Source of the DNA: Coleofasciculaceae cyanobacterium SM2_1_6
GTDB lineage: Bacteria > Cyanobacteriota > Cyanobacteriia > Cyanobacteriales > JAAUUE01
Assembly (NCBI GenBank): GCA_012031635.1
Contig: JAAUUE010000001.1
Coordinates: forward strand, 1-42,206
Length of the DNA stretch: 42,206 nucleotides
Direction of reading: 5' to 3'
Of the stretch, positions 18,066 to 26,673 are shown piece by piece. How positions within the stretch are numbered: position 1 is the first letter of the stretch; the number at the start of each line of letters is the position of its first letter. Below the pieces are notes generated by a model. It searched no databases and was not told where the DNA came from. It saw nothing but the letters and a program-made list of their open reading frames with translations. The translations under genes and the position numbers were made by a program.

Positions 18066-19016
18066 ATGTTTTATCAAAATAAAAAAGTTTTAGTCGCTGG
18101 TGGCAGTGGGCTCATTGGCAGCCATACAATTCAGGAACTACTCCTGCGAGGAGCCGAAGTCCGGGCAACGATTCACAGTAAAGCTCCTGTGATTGTGAAC
18201 GATCGAATTGAGTACATTCAGTGCGATCTGACAAAAAAAGAAGATTGTGTAAAAGTAACCGAAGGAATAGACTATGTAATTCTTTGTGCCGCCAATACCT
18301 CCGGGGCAGCAGTGATGGAAAAGAACCCGATCGCTCATATTACTGCAAATTTATTAATTAATTCTCAAATCCTTGAAGCTGCCTGTCTGGCGAAAGTGAG
18401 TAGGTTATTATTTGTCAGTAGTACCACGGTTTATCCAGCCGTAACCTACCCAGTCAAGGAAGAAGAAGGTTTTACTGGGGAACCCCATCCTAGCTATTTT
18501 GCAGTCGGTTGGATGAAACGATACATTGAGAAATTGGCTGAATTCTATTATCAACGCTATGGCTTAAAAATTGCTTTAATTCGCCCGACAAACGTTTACG
18601 GGCCCTACGATAAGTTCGATTTTGAAACTTCCCATGTTTTGCCAGCTTTAATGAGAAGGGCGGTAGAGAAACAAAACCCCTTTGAGGTTTGGGGAGATGG
18701 TTCAGCAGTCCGAGATTTTATCTATGTATCTGACCTAGTAGAAGCCCTTTTACTTACTTTAGAAAATTATGCTGAATGCCAGCCATTAAATATTGGTTCT
18801 GGACAACCAGTGACTATCAAAGAATCCGTAGAATTAATTTTGAAACTGACTGATAATCCAGCCGTAACTATTTATGATGACAGCAAGCCTACGACCATTC
18901 CTTTTCGAGTAGTTGATCTAACTAAAGCCGAAACCATTTTAGGATTTAAGCCCAAGGTTTCTCTGGAAACAGGATTAAGAAAAACTATTGATTGGTATCG
19001 CAGCACTCTTGCATAG
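18066..19016 (+). CDS. Extended SDR (NAD-dependent epimerase/dehydratase family), paralogue 2, atypical active site
   Basis: VLVAGGSGLIG Rossmann motif; FVSSTTVYP. VGWMK sits where YxxxK is expected. RPTNVYGPYDKF and SHVLPALMRR resemble GDP-fucose-synthase-type enzymes. ATG start. Confidence 0.8.
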   Translation: MFYQNKKVLVAGGSGLIGSHTIQELLLRGAEVRATIHSKAPVIVNDRIEYIQCDLTKKEDCVKVTEGIDYVILCAANTSGAAVMEKNPIAHITANLLINSQILEAACLAKVSRLLFVSSTTVYPAVTYPVKEEEGFTGEPHPSYFAVGWMKRYIEKLAEFYYQRYGLKIALIRPTNVYGPYDKFDFETSHVLPALMRRAVEKQNPFEVWGDGSAVRDFIYVSDLVEALLLTLENYAECQPLNIGSGQPVTIKESVELILKLTDNPAVTIYDDSKPTTIPFRVVDLTKAETILGFKPKVSLETGLRKTIDWYRSTLA

Positions 19017-19019
19017 TCG

Positions 19020-22000
19020 TCAAGCCGGGTTGTCTCCCTGAGACTTGAAGATTGCCCCAGAAGGCAAATAATCCTTGTCATAGGTAGCTGTTGGCTCTGG
19101 ATAATTTGGTGGTGAAGGTGGTTGGGGAGGGTTGCCCTTGAAAGATTCTACAAGATTTTTTACTACTACGTAGAGGACGGGGACGAGAAGGAGGGTCAAA
19201 ATGGTAGAAACCAATAGACCACCAAATACTGCTGTTCCCAGAGACCAACGGCTGGCGGCTCCTGCTCCCGAAGCGGTGACGAGGGGAAAGAAACCAGCCA
19301 AGGAAGAGATGGTGGTCATGAGGATCGGGCGGAGTCGCTGGCGGACAGCTTCAAGGGCTGCTTGGGCGATCGTCTTCCCTTCCTCCCGGGACTGGTTGGC
19401 AAATTCCACAATTAAAATGGCATTTTTACTCGCTAACCCAATCAGCATCACCAGTGCCACCTGACAGTAGATATCGTTGACTAAGCCCCGCAAAGAGACA
19501 AAGATTAAGGCTCCTAAGATGGCAAAGGGTACGGTCAAAAGAATGATAAAGGGATCCACATAGTTTTCGTACTGGGCTGAGAGGATTAAAAATACCGCTA
19601 AGATGCCCAGAGCAAAGAGGATCCCCGCTTGACCGCCTGATTGAATTTCCTCTCGAGATAGCCCTGTCCAGTCGTAGCCCAGACCGGGTTGATTCATTTC
19701 CTCAAAGAGCTGTTGCATGGCGGCGATCGCTTGCCCAGAACTATAGCCGGGGGCAGCACTACCTTGAATGTTGATTGCTCGAGCTAGGTTGAAATGGCTG
19801 ATATTTTGGGGGCCAGTAATGGGGGTTATCTGGGCAATTTCATTGAAGCGAACCATCTGTCCCGTGCGGGAGCGGACTTGAATTTGGCTGATTTTGTCGG
19901 GGGAATCCCGAAATTGAGCGTCGGCTTGAATATAAACTCGGTAACTGCGCTGGGCAAAGGTGAAGTCGTTCACATACTGTCCTCCCATGTACGCCCCAAA
20001 GGTATTCATGGCTTGGGCAAAATCGACATTGAGGGCTTCTAGACGATCGCGGTTAATATCGATCTGGTACTGGGGAGTGCTGGAGGTGAACTGGGTAAAG
20101 ACCCGGCTCAAGGCGGGATTTTGATTAGCCCTGCCAATTAGCTCTTGGGCGATCGCCAAAAATTGCTCAATACTCAGTTGTCCATTGGTCTGGTCTTGGA
20201 GTTGAAATTCAAACCCGCCAGTCACACCGTAGCCAGACACCGCAGGGAGATTCGCCGCAAAGATCAGAGCCTCCTGATTTTGGCTAAAGACCCCATTTAA
20301 TCGTCCCACAATCCCATTAGCTGATTGTCCCTCTCCCCGCCGCTCTTTCCAATCCTTGAGCTTGATAAAAAATGTCGCTTGATTCGGTCCATTGCCTCCT
20401 AAACCAAAACCCGCAATGACTACCGAGGCTTCCATTTCCGGGACGGATTGCTCCAAGGTTTGTGCTACGGTATTCACAATTTTTTCTGTAGAGACAAGGG
20501 AAACTCCATCGGGGGCTTGGATAATCCCCACGATCACCCCTTGATCTTCCTCTGGCACAAAGCCAGTGGGTACGGAGGTATAGACAAAAGCTGTAGTTAC
20601 TAAGCCGACCATGAAGACTCCCACCACTACCATCCGACTCCGGATTAGAAATTTACTCAGACGCTCATAACCTGCCAAAACCCAATCAAAACCCCGGTTG
20701 AACTGACGAAAGAACCAGCCTAGCCAACCCTGTCCTTCTCCAGTAGCATGACGCAGGAACATTGCTGAGGTACTGGGGGTAAAACTGAGAGCATTGAAGG
20801 TCGAGATAGCGATCGAAAAGATAATCACAAGGGCAAACTGCTGATACATGATCCCCGTGGCTCCCGGAAAGAAGGATACAGGGATAAACACGGCAATGAG
20901 GACGAGAGATGTGGCAATGACGGCTCCCGACAGTTCTTGCATGGCGGCGATGGCGGCTTGGGGGGGCGACAAACCCTTTTCAATCTTGGCAGCGATCGCC
21001 TCCACAATCACAATGGCATCATCCACCACTAGTCCCGTTGCTAAGACGAGGGCAAACAAGGTCAGGTTATTAAGAGAAAAACCTATAACATAGGCAAAAG
21101 CCATGGCTCCAATCAAGGACACAGGAACGGTGATTGCGGGAATAATCGTCGCCCGCCACTCTTGTAAAAAGACGAAAATTACTAATACTACGAGGAGAAC
21201 TGCTTGAATTAGGGTAATTACCACTTCTTCGATGGAGACTTCCACAAACTTGGTGGTGTCATAACAGATGACGGATTTGATCCCCGGCGGGAAATTTGCT
21301 TCTAGCTGGGCAAGTCTAGCTTCCAGAGCTTTAGCGGTTTCTAGGGCGTTGCTCCCCGGCAGTTGATAGATCAACATGCCTACTCCCGGTTTCCCCTGCA
21401 CCAGAGCCGAAGTTGTGTAGTCCCTTGCCCCTAGCTCTGCCCGTCCCACATCTTTGAGTTTGACTAGAGTGCCATCGGTTTGGGTTTTGATTACGAGATT
21501 TTCAAAGTCTTTGACTTCCTTGAAACGGCTATTGATCCGCAGGGGAAAGCTAGATTTCTGGTCATCCTTGGTGGGGGCTTGCCCGATCGTCCCGGCTCCT
21601 ACTTGAATATTTTGAGAAGTGAGGGCACTGCTGACATCCGTGGCCGTTAAACTCCGAATAGCGAGGGCGTTGGGATCTAGCCATAGCCGCATGGCATACT
21701 GCCGTTCCCCAAAGAGGATCACATCCCCGACTCCCGGAACTCGCTTGATCGCATCCAAAACGTACAGGTCAACATAGTTACTTAAAAATAGATTGTCGTA
21801 CTCACTATTTTCGGCATAGAAGCCATAGACCCGGAGAATGCTATTGGAACGGGCGACGGTGGTGACTCCGGTTTGCCGCACAGAGGCGGGGAGGGTCGGT
21901 TGGGCAAGGGCTACTCGATTCTGGACGTTGACTTGATTAATATTCCGATCGCTATTGGGGGGAAAGAAGGCCGAAATAGAACTAGAGCCATCGTTTCCAC

Positions 22001-22250
22001 TGGTGGAGGTCATATACTGCATTCCTTCCACCCCATTGATCTGCCTTTCAATCACCGTAGAGACCGACTCTTCTACAGTTTGGGCATCGGCTCCAATGGA
22101 AAAGGCACTGGTTTGCACCTGAATCGGGGCGATATCTGGCAAGTTATTGATGGGTAGCCGGGGAATCGAGATCAGACCGACCATCAAAATTAGGAGAGTA
22201 CAAACTGTTGATAAAACTGGGCGGCGGATGAAGGTATTGGAGATCGACAT
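19020..22250 (-). CDS. RND family inner-membrane efflux transporter (AcrB/HAE1-like)
   Basis: 1076-aa ORF with the typical N-terminus MSISNTFIRRPVLSTV, 12-TM/two-large-loop architecture and a Pro-rich C-terminal tail. It lies directly downstream of a membrane-fusion protein gene. Confidence 0.9.
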   Translation of the reverse strand: MSISNTFIRRPVLSTVCTLLILMVGLISIPRLPINNLPDIAPIQVQTSAFSIGADAQTVEESVSTVIERQINGVEGMQYMTSTSGNDGSSSISAFFPPNSDRNINQVNVQNRVALAQPTLPASVRQTGVTTVARSNSILRVYGFYAENSEYDNLFLSNYVDLYVLDAIKRVPGVGDVILFGERQYAMRLWLDPNALAIRSLTATDVSSALTSQNIQVGAGTIGQAPTKDDQKSSFPLRINSRFKEVKDFENLVIKTQTDGTLVKLKDVGRAELGARDYTTSALVQGKPGVGMLIYQLPGSNALETAKALEARLAQLEANFPPGIKSVICYDTTKFVEVSIEEVVITLIQAVLLVVLVIFVFLQEWRATIIPAITVPVSLIGAMAFAYVIGFSLNNLTLFALVLATGLVVDDAIVIVEAIAAKIEKGLSPPQAAIAAMQELSGAVIATSLVLIAVFIPVSFFPGATGIMYQQFALVIIFSIAISTFNALSFTPSTSAMFLRHATGEGQGWLGWFFRQFNRGFDWVLAGYERLSKFLIRSRMVVVGVFMVGLVTTAFVYTSVPTGFVPEEDQGVIVGIIQAPDGVSLVSTEKIVNTVAQTLEQSVPEMEASVVIAGFGLGGNGPNQATFFIKLKDWKERRGEGQSANGIVGRLNGVFSQNQEALIFAANLPAVSGYGVTGGFEFQLQDQTNGQLSIEQFLAIAQELIGRANQNPALSRVFTQFTSSTPQYQIDINRDRLEALNVDFAQAMNTFGAYMGGQYVNDFTFAQRSYRVYIQADAQFRDSPDKISQIQVRSRTGQMVRFNEIAQITPITGPQNISHFNLARAINIQGSAAPGYSSGQAIAAMQQLFEEMNQPGLGYDWTGLSREEIQSGGQAGILFALGILAVFLILSAQYENYVDPFIILLTVPFAILGALIFVSLRGLVNDIYCQVALVMLIGLASKNAILIVEFANQSREEGKTIAQAALEAVRQRLRPILMTTISSLAGFFPLVTASGAGAASRWSLGTAVFGGLLVSTILTLLLVPVLYVVVKNLVESFKGNPPQPPSPPNYPEPTATYDKDYLPSGAIFKSQGDNPA

Positions 22251-22325
22251 AGTGATTGATTCCTAGAAATTAGGGCAAATTAGACACCTAGATTGGGAAC
22301 TCAGCAGGGAATCCCCCCAAGAAAT

Positions 22326-23711
22326 CTAGGGTTCTGGTTGGATAGGGACACCATCCCGCAGCTTGAGAATATTGGAGACGGCGATGCGATCGCCTTCTTG
22401 GAGTCCCTCCAAAATTGGATATTGGTCATTCTGGACTTCTCCCAATTTCACTGGCTTGAGTTGCACCACAAATTGCGGCGGCTGCTGAGAACTGTTTTCC
22501 GCAACGACATAGACAAAATTCTGTCCGCCCATGCGATTCACCGCCTGCACCGGAATCAACATCCCCGCCTGCTGGTTCCAGATAATCCGGGCGCGCACGT
22601 ACTGCCCGTCTCGCAATCTGCCATTGGCATTACTGAAGCGGGCTTTAACTAAGATGGATTGGGCATTGACATCAACTTGGGGTGAAATAAAATCGAGGCT
22701 ACCTCTAGTGAGCTGCTGCCCAGTATTGGCATCTAGTAGCTCCACTCGTAAGCCCGGACGGAGCTGGGTTCCATTACTGGCTGGCACGGCAATCCGCATA
22801 TCTAAGACATCATTTTTGATCAGGGATGTCAGAGTCTGCCCCACATTGACGTAATCTCCTGCTTTAACCGAGAAATCACCCACCACCCCATCCATGGGAG
22901 CCAGTACCTGCTTTTGATTTAAGTCGATCTGGGTGGCAGCCACTTGCGCCTGAGCCTGTTCCACGCTGGATAGGGCTTGGTTAACCCCCGCTTGAGCAGC
23001 ATTCACCTGTTTTTCGGCGGCGGTTAAAGTGGCGAGGGCTGAGGTCAGATTATTTTGAGCAATGTCTAGCTGTTGTCTTGCCTGCGCCCCAGCACTGACT
23101 AAGGATTGGGTGCGATCGTATTGGGTTTGCTGGAGTTCCACATCGGCGGCGGCTTTGGCTAGGTCGGCTTCCCTTGCTTCGAGTTGGGCTTGGGCAGTAG
23201 CCACGGCGGCTTCATTGGAGTTGACTAGGGCTAGCGCACTCACCACATTGGCTTGAGTTTGATCGAGGCTCAGGGAGACGATCGGGGTTCCGGCAGTGAC
23301 TCGATCGCCACTAGAAACCAAAATTCGTTCGATCCGTCCTTGAATCTGGGGCTGCAAGGAAACCCGCTCTTGAGCTTCTAAAGTCCCCACAAACTCAGAG
23401 CTTGATTGTAACTGGGTTGATTCAAGAGTTTGCACCTTCACTGGTGTGGGTGGCATTTGGGGCGGCAGGGCTTTGCGATTACCAAACATTTGCCAAGCTC
23501 CAAAACCTCCACCTCCTACAATAAGTAAAGCCAAAATGCTCCAAATCCATGTTTGGCGACGACGAGGGCGTTCAAAAAAGTCGGCATCTGAGGATATGGG
23601 TGCGGTTGTTTCAGACTCTAGGACTGAGCCAGAGTAGTGGTTAGGCTCAAGATTCTCTACATCCTGATTGGGGTCAGAAGAGCTAGATAGAGTTGGTTGA
23701 TTGGATGACAT
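22326..23711 (-). CDS. RND efflux periplasmic adaptor (membrane fusion protein, HlyD family)
   Basis: 461 aa with a single N-terminal TM (WIWSILALLIVGGGGFGAW), a long Ala/Gln-rich coiled-coil hairpin, and beta-barrel/lipoyl-like ends. It is 75 bp upstream of the RND pump. Confidence 0.85.
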   Translation of the reverse strand: MSSNQPTLSSSSDPNQDVENLEPNHYSGSVLESETTAPISSDADFFERPRRRQTWIWSILALLIVGGGGFGAWQMFGNRKALPPQMPPTPVKVQTLESTQLQSSSEFVGTLEAQERVSLQPQIQGRIERILVSSGDRVTAGTPIVSLSLDQTQANVVSALALVNSNEAAVATAQAQLEAREADLAKAAADVELQQTQYDRTQSLVSAGAQARQQLDIAQNNLTSALATLTAAEKQVNAAQAGVNQALSSVEQAQAQVAATQIDLNQKQVLAPMDGVVGDFSVKAGDYVNVGQTLTSLIKNDVLDMRIAVPASNGTQLRPGLRVELLDANTGQQLTRGSLDFISPQVDVNAQSILVKARFSNANGRLRDGQYVRARIIWNQQAGMLIPVQAVNRMGGQNFVYVVAENSSQQPPQFVVQLKPVKLGEVQNDQYPILEGLQEGDRIAVSNILKLRDGVPIQPEP

Positions 23712-23754
23712 AAGACACTAACCCCCTAAGGATTTTCACGTTTCATTAAGATAT

Positions 23755-23798
23755 ATTTTCAGATTATTTTCAGATTATTTTCAGATTATTTTCAGATT
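23755..23798. repeat. 11-bp tandem repeat x4, exact (attttcagatt), 44 nt upstream of the efflux operon start codon
   Basis: Four exact units read directly. In the sense of the operon the unit reads aatctgaaaat. Confidence 0.9.
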
Positions 23799-24377
23799 GA
23801 AGATTTTAAGTTTGAGTCAATTTCAAATATTTACCAAGAAGGAAAAAATTGCTCGAATACTATCGCCTAAAGTAGTAAAAAAACAAAGCCGTTTTTAGCT
23901 GAATTGCAGGACTGGAGTTGAGATCGGAATTAGAGATTATAGAGCGTTATCTGAGGATTATCTATTTACATCCAAATCTCAATTGGGCTTTCACTCTGTT
24001 CACTTGACTATTTTCACTGTTTTTTTACTATTTTTTCACTATTGATGATCTAGAACTCTCATGATGTATGTTCCTAAATTTAAGGCTTCTAAATTGATAA
24101 GGTTATTACCCCTAGAATTCTTTTCCCCTCCTTGATTAAGCTCGGCAACAGGAAAGTACGAGCCTCTGTTAGTAGTACAAATATTCTATAGCAAAATTAG
24201 CCCATCAACTACGGATCCAACTTTTTATATCGACTAGTTGTTATATAATAAATTCCTGTTCTAACAATGTCAAGCCTTGGAGCGAAAATTTTTGATCTGT
24301 CAAAAGACTGAAGTTTAAGTTATGGCAGAGATAGTTTCGATCGAGATTCAGTCCCTAAGGATATTCCAAGCAAGAGC

Positions 24378-24647
24378 CATAGTCGTTGCCATAAAAGTTA
24401 TAGTCATTGCCATAAAAGTTAAGACAAATTCGGCTTCGACTTCGCTCAGCCAACGTATCGATCCTTGTGCTAATTAACGTGAGTTCGGCAAAATCTGAAG
24501 CCCTCACCCTCACCCTCTCCCAGAACGGGGGAGGAAACAAGAAAAATTAGTCTTACTCCCCTTCTCCCCTTGGGGGAGAAGGGGTTGGGGGATGAGGGGT
24601 ATTTCTGAGCATCGAACTCACGTTAATTAAGCTGTCTAGCACTATAT
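24378..24647 (+). mobile_element. Family 2 repeat with a duplicated 22-bp head, interrupted by a nested inverted-repeat element
   Basis: The head atagtcgttgccataaaagtt is followed by atagtcattgccataaaagtt. The body aligns with 17517-17612. The tail gctgtctagcactata resumes after the insertion. Confidence 0.6.
24478..24622. mobile_element. Nested ~145-bp MITE-like insertion with perfect 10-bp terminal inverted repeats (cgtgagttcg / cgaactcacg), flanked by duplicated taattaa
   Basis: The uninterrupted copy at 17590-17600 reads ctaattaatctg. Here taattaa occurs on both sides of the insert (24471-24477 and 24624-24630). The interior contains the hairpin ccccttctcccc-ttg-ggggagaagggg. Confidence 0.6.
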
Positions 24648-24787
24648 ATCTACCAAGAGATATTTTTGGAGCATAGCAAACAGCCCCCAGAGGCATAAAC
24701 AAACTAAATACGCCATTCCTTCCCATTTTTTGGCAGGAGGTATCTTCAGATTACTTTCGGGAAAATATATTTTAGAAAACATTATGA

Positions 24788-24870
24788 TGGGGGTGGCGAG
24801 ACTCGAACTCGCACGAGGTTGCCCTCAACGGATTTTAAGTCCGTTGCGTCTACCATTCCGCCACACCCCC
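24788..24870 (-). tRNA. trnL: tRNA-Leu (anticodon UAA), type II with long variable arm, no intron, CCA not encoded
   Basis: The reverse complement folds as a cloverleaf. Acceptor GGGGGTG/CACCCCC plus discriminator A. D stem GCG/CGC with a GAATGGTAGA loop. Anticodon stem ACGGA/TCCGT with loop CTTAAAA. Variable arm GAGG-GCAA-CCTC. T arm GCGAG-TTCGAGT-CTCGC. Confidence 0.92.
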
Positions 24871-24887
24871 ATGGTGAATTCAGTGTA

Positions 24888-24936
24888 CTAATCTAGGCTG
24901 CTAATCTAGACAGTTAATTTAGACAATTAATCTAAG
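24888..24936. repeat. Degenerate ~13-bp tandem array built on ctaatctag
   Basis: ctaatctag at 24888 and 24901, followed by ttaatttagac and ttaatctaag. Confidence 0.7.
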
Positions 24937-25060
24937 CAATGAATTGCGGTAGATTTCTATTGTTACACAAATGGGGTTAAAATTAGCACTAGCCACCAAC
25001 TATGGATAAAAATTTGGTAGGCATTTAATAAATATTTGGCAAATTCTGCATCAGAAACCT

Positions 25061-25288
25061 ATGGAAATTACGTCGACAATTACTTTGTTGCTTTACGTTG
25101 TTTTGGCTGGAACTTATCTGGCTGTAGTCCCATTGCTAACCTATGCGTACCTCAAGGCTCGCTGGTATGTGGCTAGCTCTTGGGAACGAGGGTTTATGTA
25201 CTTTCTGGTGTTCTTTTTCTTCCCCGGTCTGTTGCTCCTCTCGCCCTTGCTCAATTTTCGTCCCCAACGGCGGCAGATTCCTAGCTAG
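25061..25288 (+). CDS. ndhL: NAD(P)H-quinone oxidoreductase (NDH-1) subunit L
   Basis: 75 aa with two TM helices. The [35 protein letters not shown] block matches the NdhL (IctA) signature as I remember it. Position upstream of trpA as in other cyanobacteria (from memory). Confidence 0.8.
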   Translation: MEITSTITLLLYVVLAGTYLAVVPLLTYAYLKARWYVASSWERGFMYFLVFFFFPGLLLLSPLLNFRPQRRQIPS

Positions 25289-25375
25289 GTTTGCTGGCTT
25301 CGTTGAGGATGGGTCTAGGATAATTGCGAGACAATTTAGCTAGATGATTTATGGGTTAACTTGTGGGTTAAGAAT

Positions 25376-25687
25376 ATGCGGCGGATTGATGCGATCGCAA
25401 TTGGGGTAGCGATATTTCTCTTTGGGGGAGTAGCCTACGGTTTATTGCAAGCTGGAGGGCTAGACAGCACTCAAGCCGGAATTTGGAGCCAAGCCGCTTT
25501 GGTCTTAGGTTTGCTAGTTTGGCTCCTGACTTATTTGGTTCGGGTCGGCAATAAAAATATGACCTACAATCAGCAACGTAATGAGTATGAAGAAGCAATG
25601 ATTTCCAAACGCTTGGCGGAGATGACCCCAGAGGAGTTGGAGAAATTGCAAGCGGAGATTGAGATAGAAAAAAATAAAAATTTATAA
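25376..25687 (+). CDS. Small membrane protein, DUF3007-like
   Basis: The track start at 25361 is TTG; an ATG at 25376 gives MRRIDAIAIG.... Two TM helices followed by a charged helix (MTYNQQRNEYEEAMISKRLAEMTPEELEKLQAEIE). The family assignment is from memory of the ndhL-trpA interval in other cyanobacteria. Confidence 0.6.
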   Translation: MRRIDAIAIGVAIFLFGGVAYGLLQAGGLDSTQAGIWSQAALVLGLLVWLLTYLVRVGNKNMTYNQQRNEYEEAMISKRLAEMTPEELEKLQAEIEIEKNKNL

Positions 25688-25688
25688 G

Positions 25689-25730
25689 GATGTCTAATTA
25701 AAAGATGTCTAATTATAAGAATGTCTAAAG
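25689..25730. repeat. ~15-bp tandem repeat (gatgtctaatta x2 plus one degenerate unit)
   Basis: Read directly. The array starts 2 nt after the stop codon of the preceding ORF. Confidence 0.75.
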
Positions 25731-25781
25731 TTTCAGGTGACTAAAGTTGCAACTAGTCGCAACTACAAGAACTAAATTTTC

Positions 25782-26597
25782 ATGGTGCAAACTTTCATGG
25801 TTAAAACTTCGATTTCCCAGTGCTTTGAGCAGCTACGCGATCGCCACGAGTGTGCTTTGATTCCTTTTCTGACGGCAGGGGATCCTGATCTGGAAACTAC
25901 GGCAGCAGCCTTAAAATTGCTCGATCGAGCCGGGGCAGACATTATTGAATTGGGAGTTCCCTACTCAGATCCCCTTGCTGATGGTCCAACAATTCAAGCG
26001 GCAGCTACACGAGCCTTGACAAAGGGAACCCGCCTCGATGATGTCCTGAAAATGGTGAGCCAAGTTACCCCAGACCTCAAGGCTCCCTTGGTGCTATTTA
26101 CCTACTACAACCCCATTCTCCACCGGGGCATTGAGACTTTTCTGCAACAGTTGGCAGCAGTGGGTGTCAGTGGTTTAGTTGTCCCAGATTTACCCCTAGA
26201 AGAGGCGGCGGGATTGATTACCCCAGCCACAAAGTATAGCATCGAAGTAATTATGCTGATTGCCCCCACCAGTTCCCCAGAGAGAATGCAGGCGATCGCC
26301 CAAGTATCCCAAGGTTTCATCTATCTAGTCAGTGTCACCGGGGTGACGGGAACCCGGACAGAGGTGGCAACCAAGATTCCCGAATTGCTCCAAGAAATCC
26401 GCAAAACTACAGATAAGCCCATTGGTGTAGGCTTTGGAATTTCTGACCCCGACCAAGCCAAGCAAGTTAAAGACTGGGGGGCGGATGCAGTGATTGTGGG
26501 CAGTGCGATGGTGAAAAGGTTAGCAGAGGTAGACCCAGAAGTAGGGTTAGCGGCGATCGAGGAATTTTGCCAGACCCTAAAGCAAGCCATTTCCTAA
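25782..26597 (+). CDS. trpA: Tryptophan synthase alpha subunit
   Basis: [33 protein letters not shown] and GFGISDP are classic TrpA blocks. An alternative start is the ATG at 25797. Confidence 0.92.
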   Translation: MVQTFMVKTSISQCFEQLRDRHECALIPFLTAGDPDLETTAAALKLLDRAGADIIELGVPYSDPLADGPTIQAAATRALTKGTRLDDVLKMVSQVTPDLKAPLVLFTYYNPILHRGIETFLQQLAAVGVSGLVVPDLPLEEAAGLITPATKYSIEVIMLIAPTSSPERMQAIAQVSQGFIYLVSVTGVTGTRTEVATKIPELLQEIRKTTDKPIGVGFGISDPDQAKQVKDWGADAVIVGSAMVKRLAEVDPEVGLAAIEEFCQTLKQAIS

Positions 26598-26673
26598 TTT
26601 GCCAGTACCAATTGGTCTTGGTTAATCTATTTGATCAATCTTTAATCTGTTTAACCAATCTTCGGAAAAGAAT

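Noticed and set aside
24355-24540. ORFs that run through dispersed repeats: the 61-aa ORF at 24355-24540, the 60-aa ORF at 28188-28370, the 61-aa ORF at 29021-29206, and a hand-found 51-aa ORF starting at 24323.
   Set aside because: Their sequences are translations of MITE hairpins and G/C-rich repeat words (e.g. PPPFWERVRVRA, WWKIPPACGG, FIRRRRVASS). These are typical repeat-derived artefacts.
23712-24787. Prophage or integrative element at tRNA-Leu.
   Set aside because: There is no integrase, excisionase or phage-like ORF, and I could find no direct repeat of the tRNA 3' end within the window.
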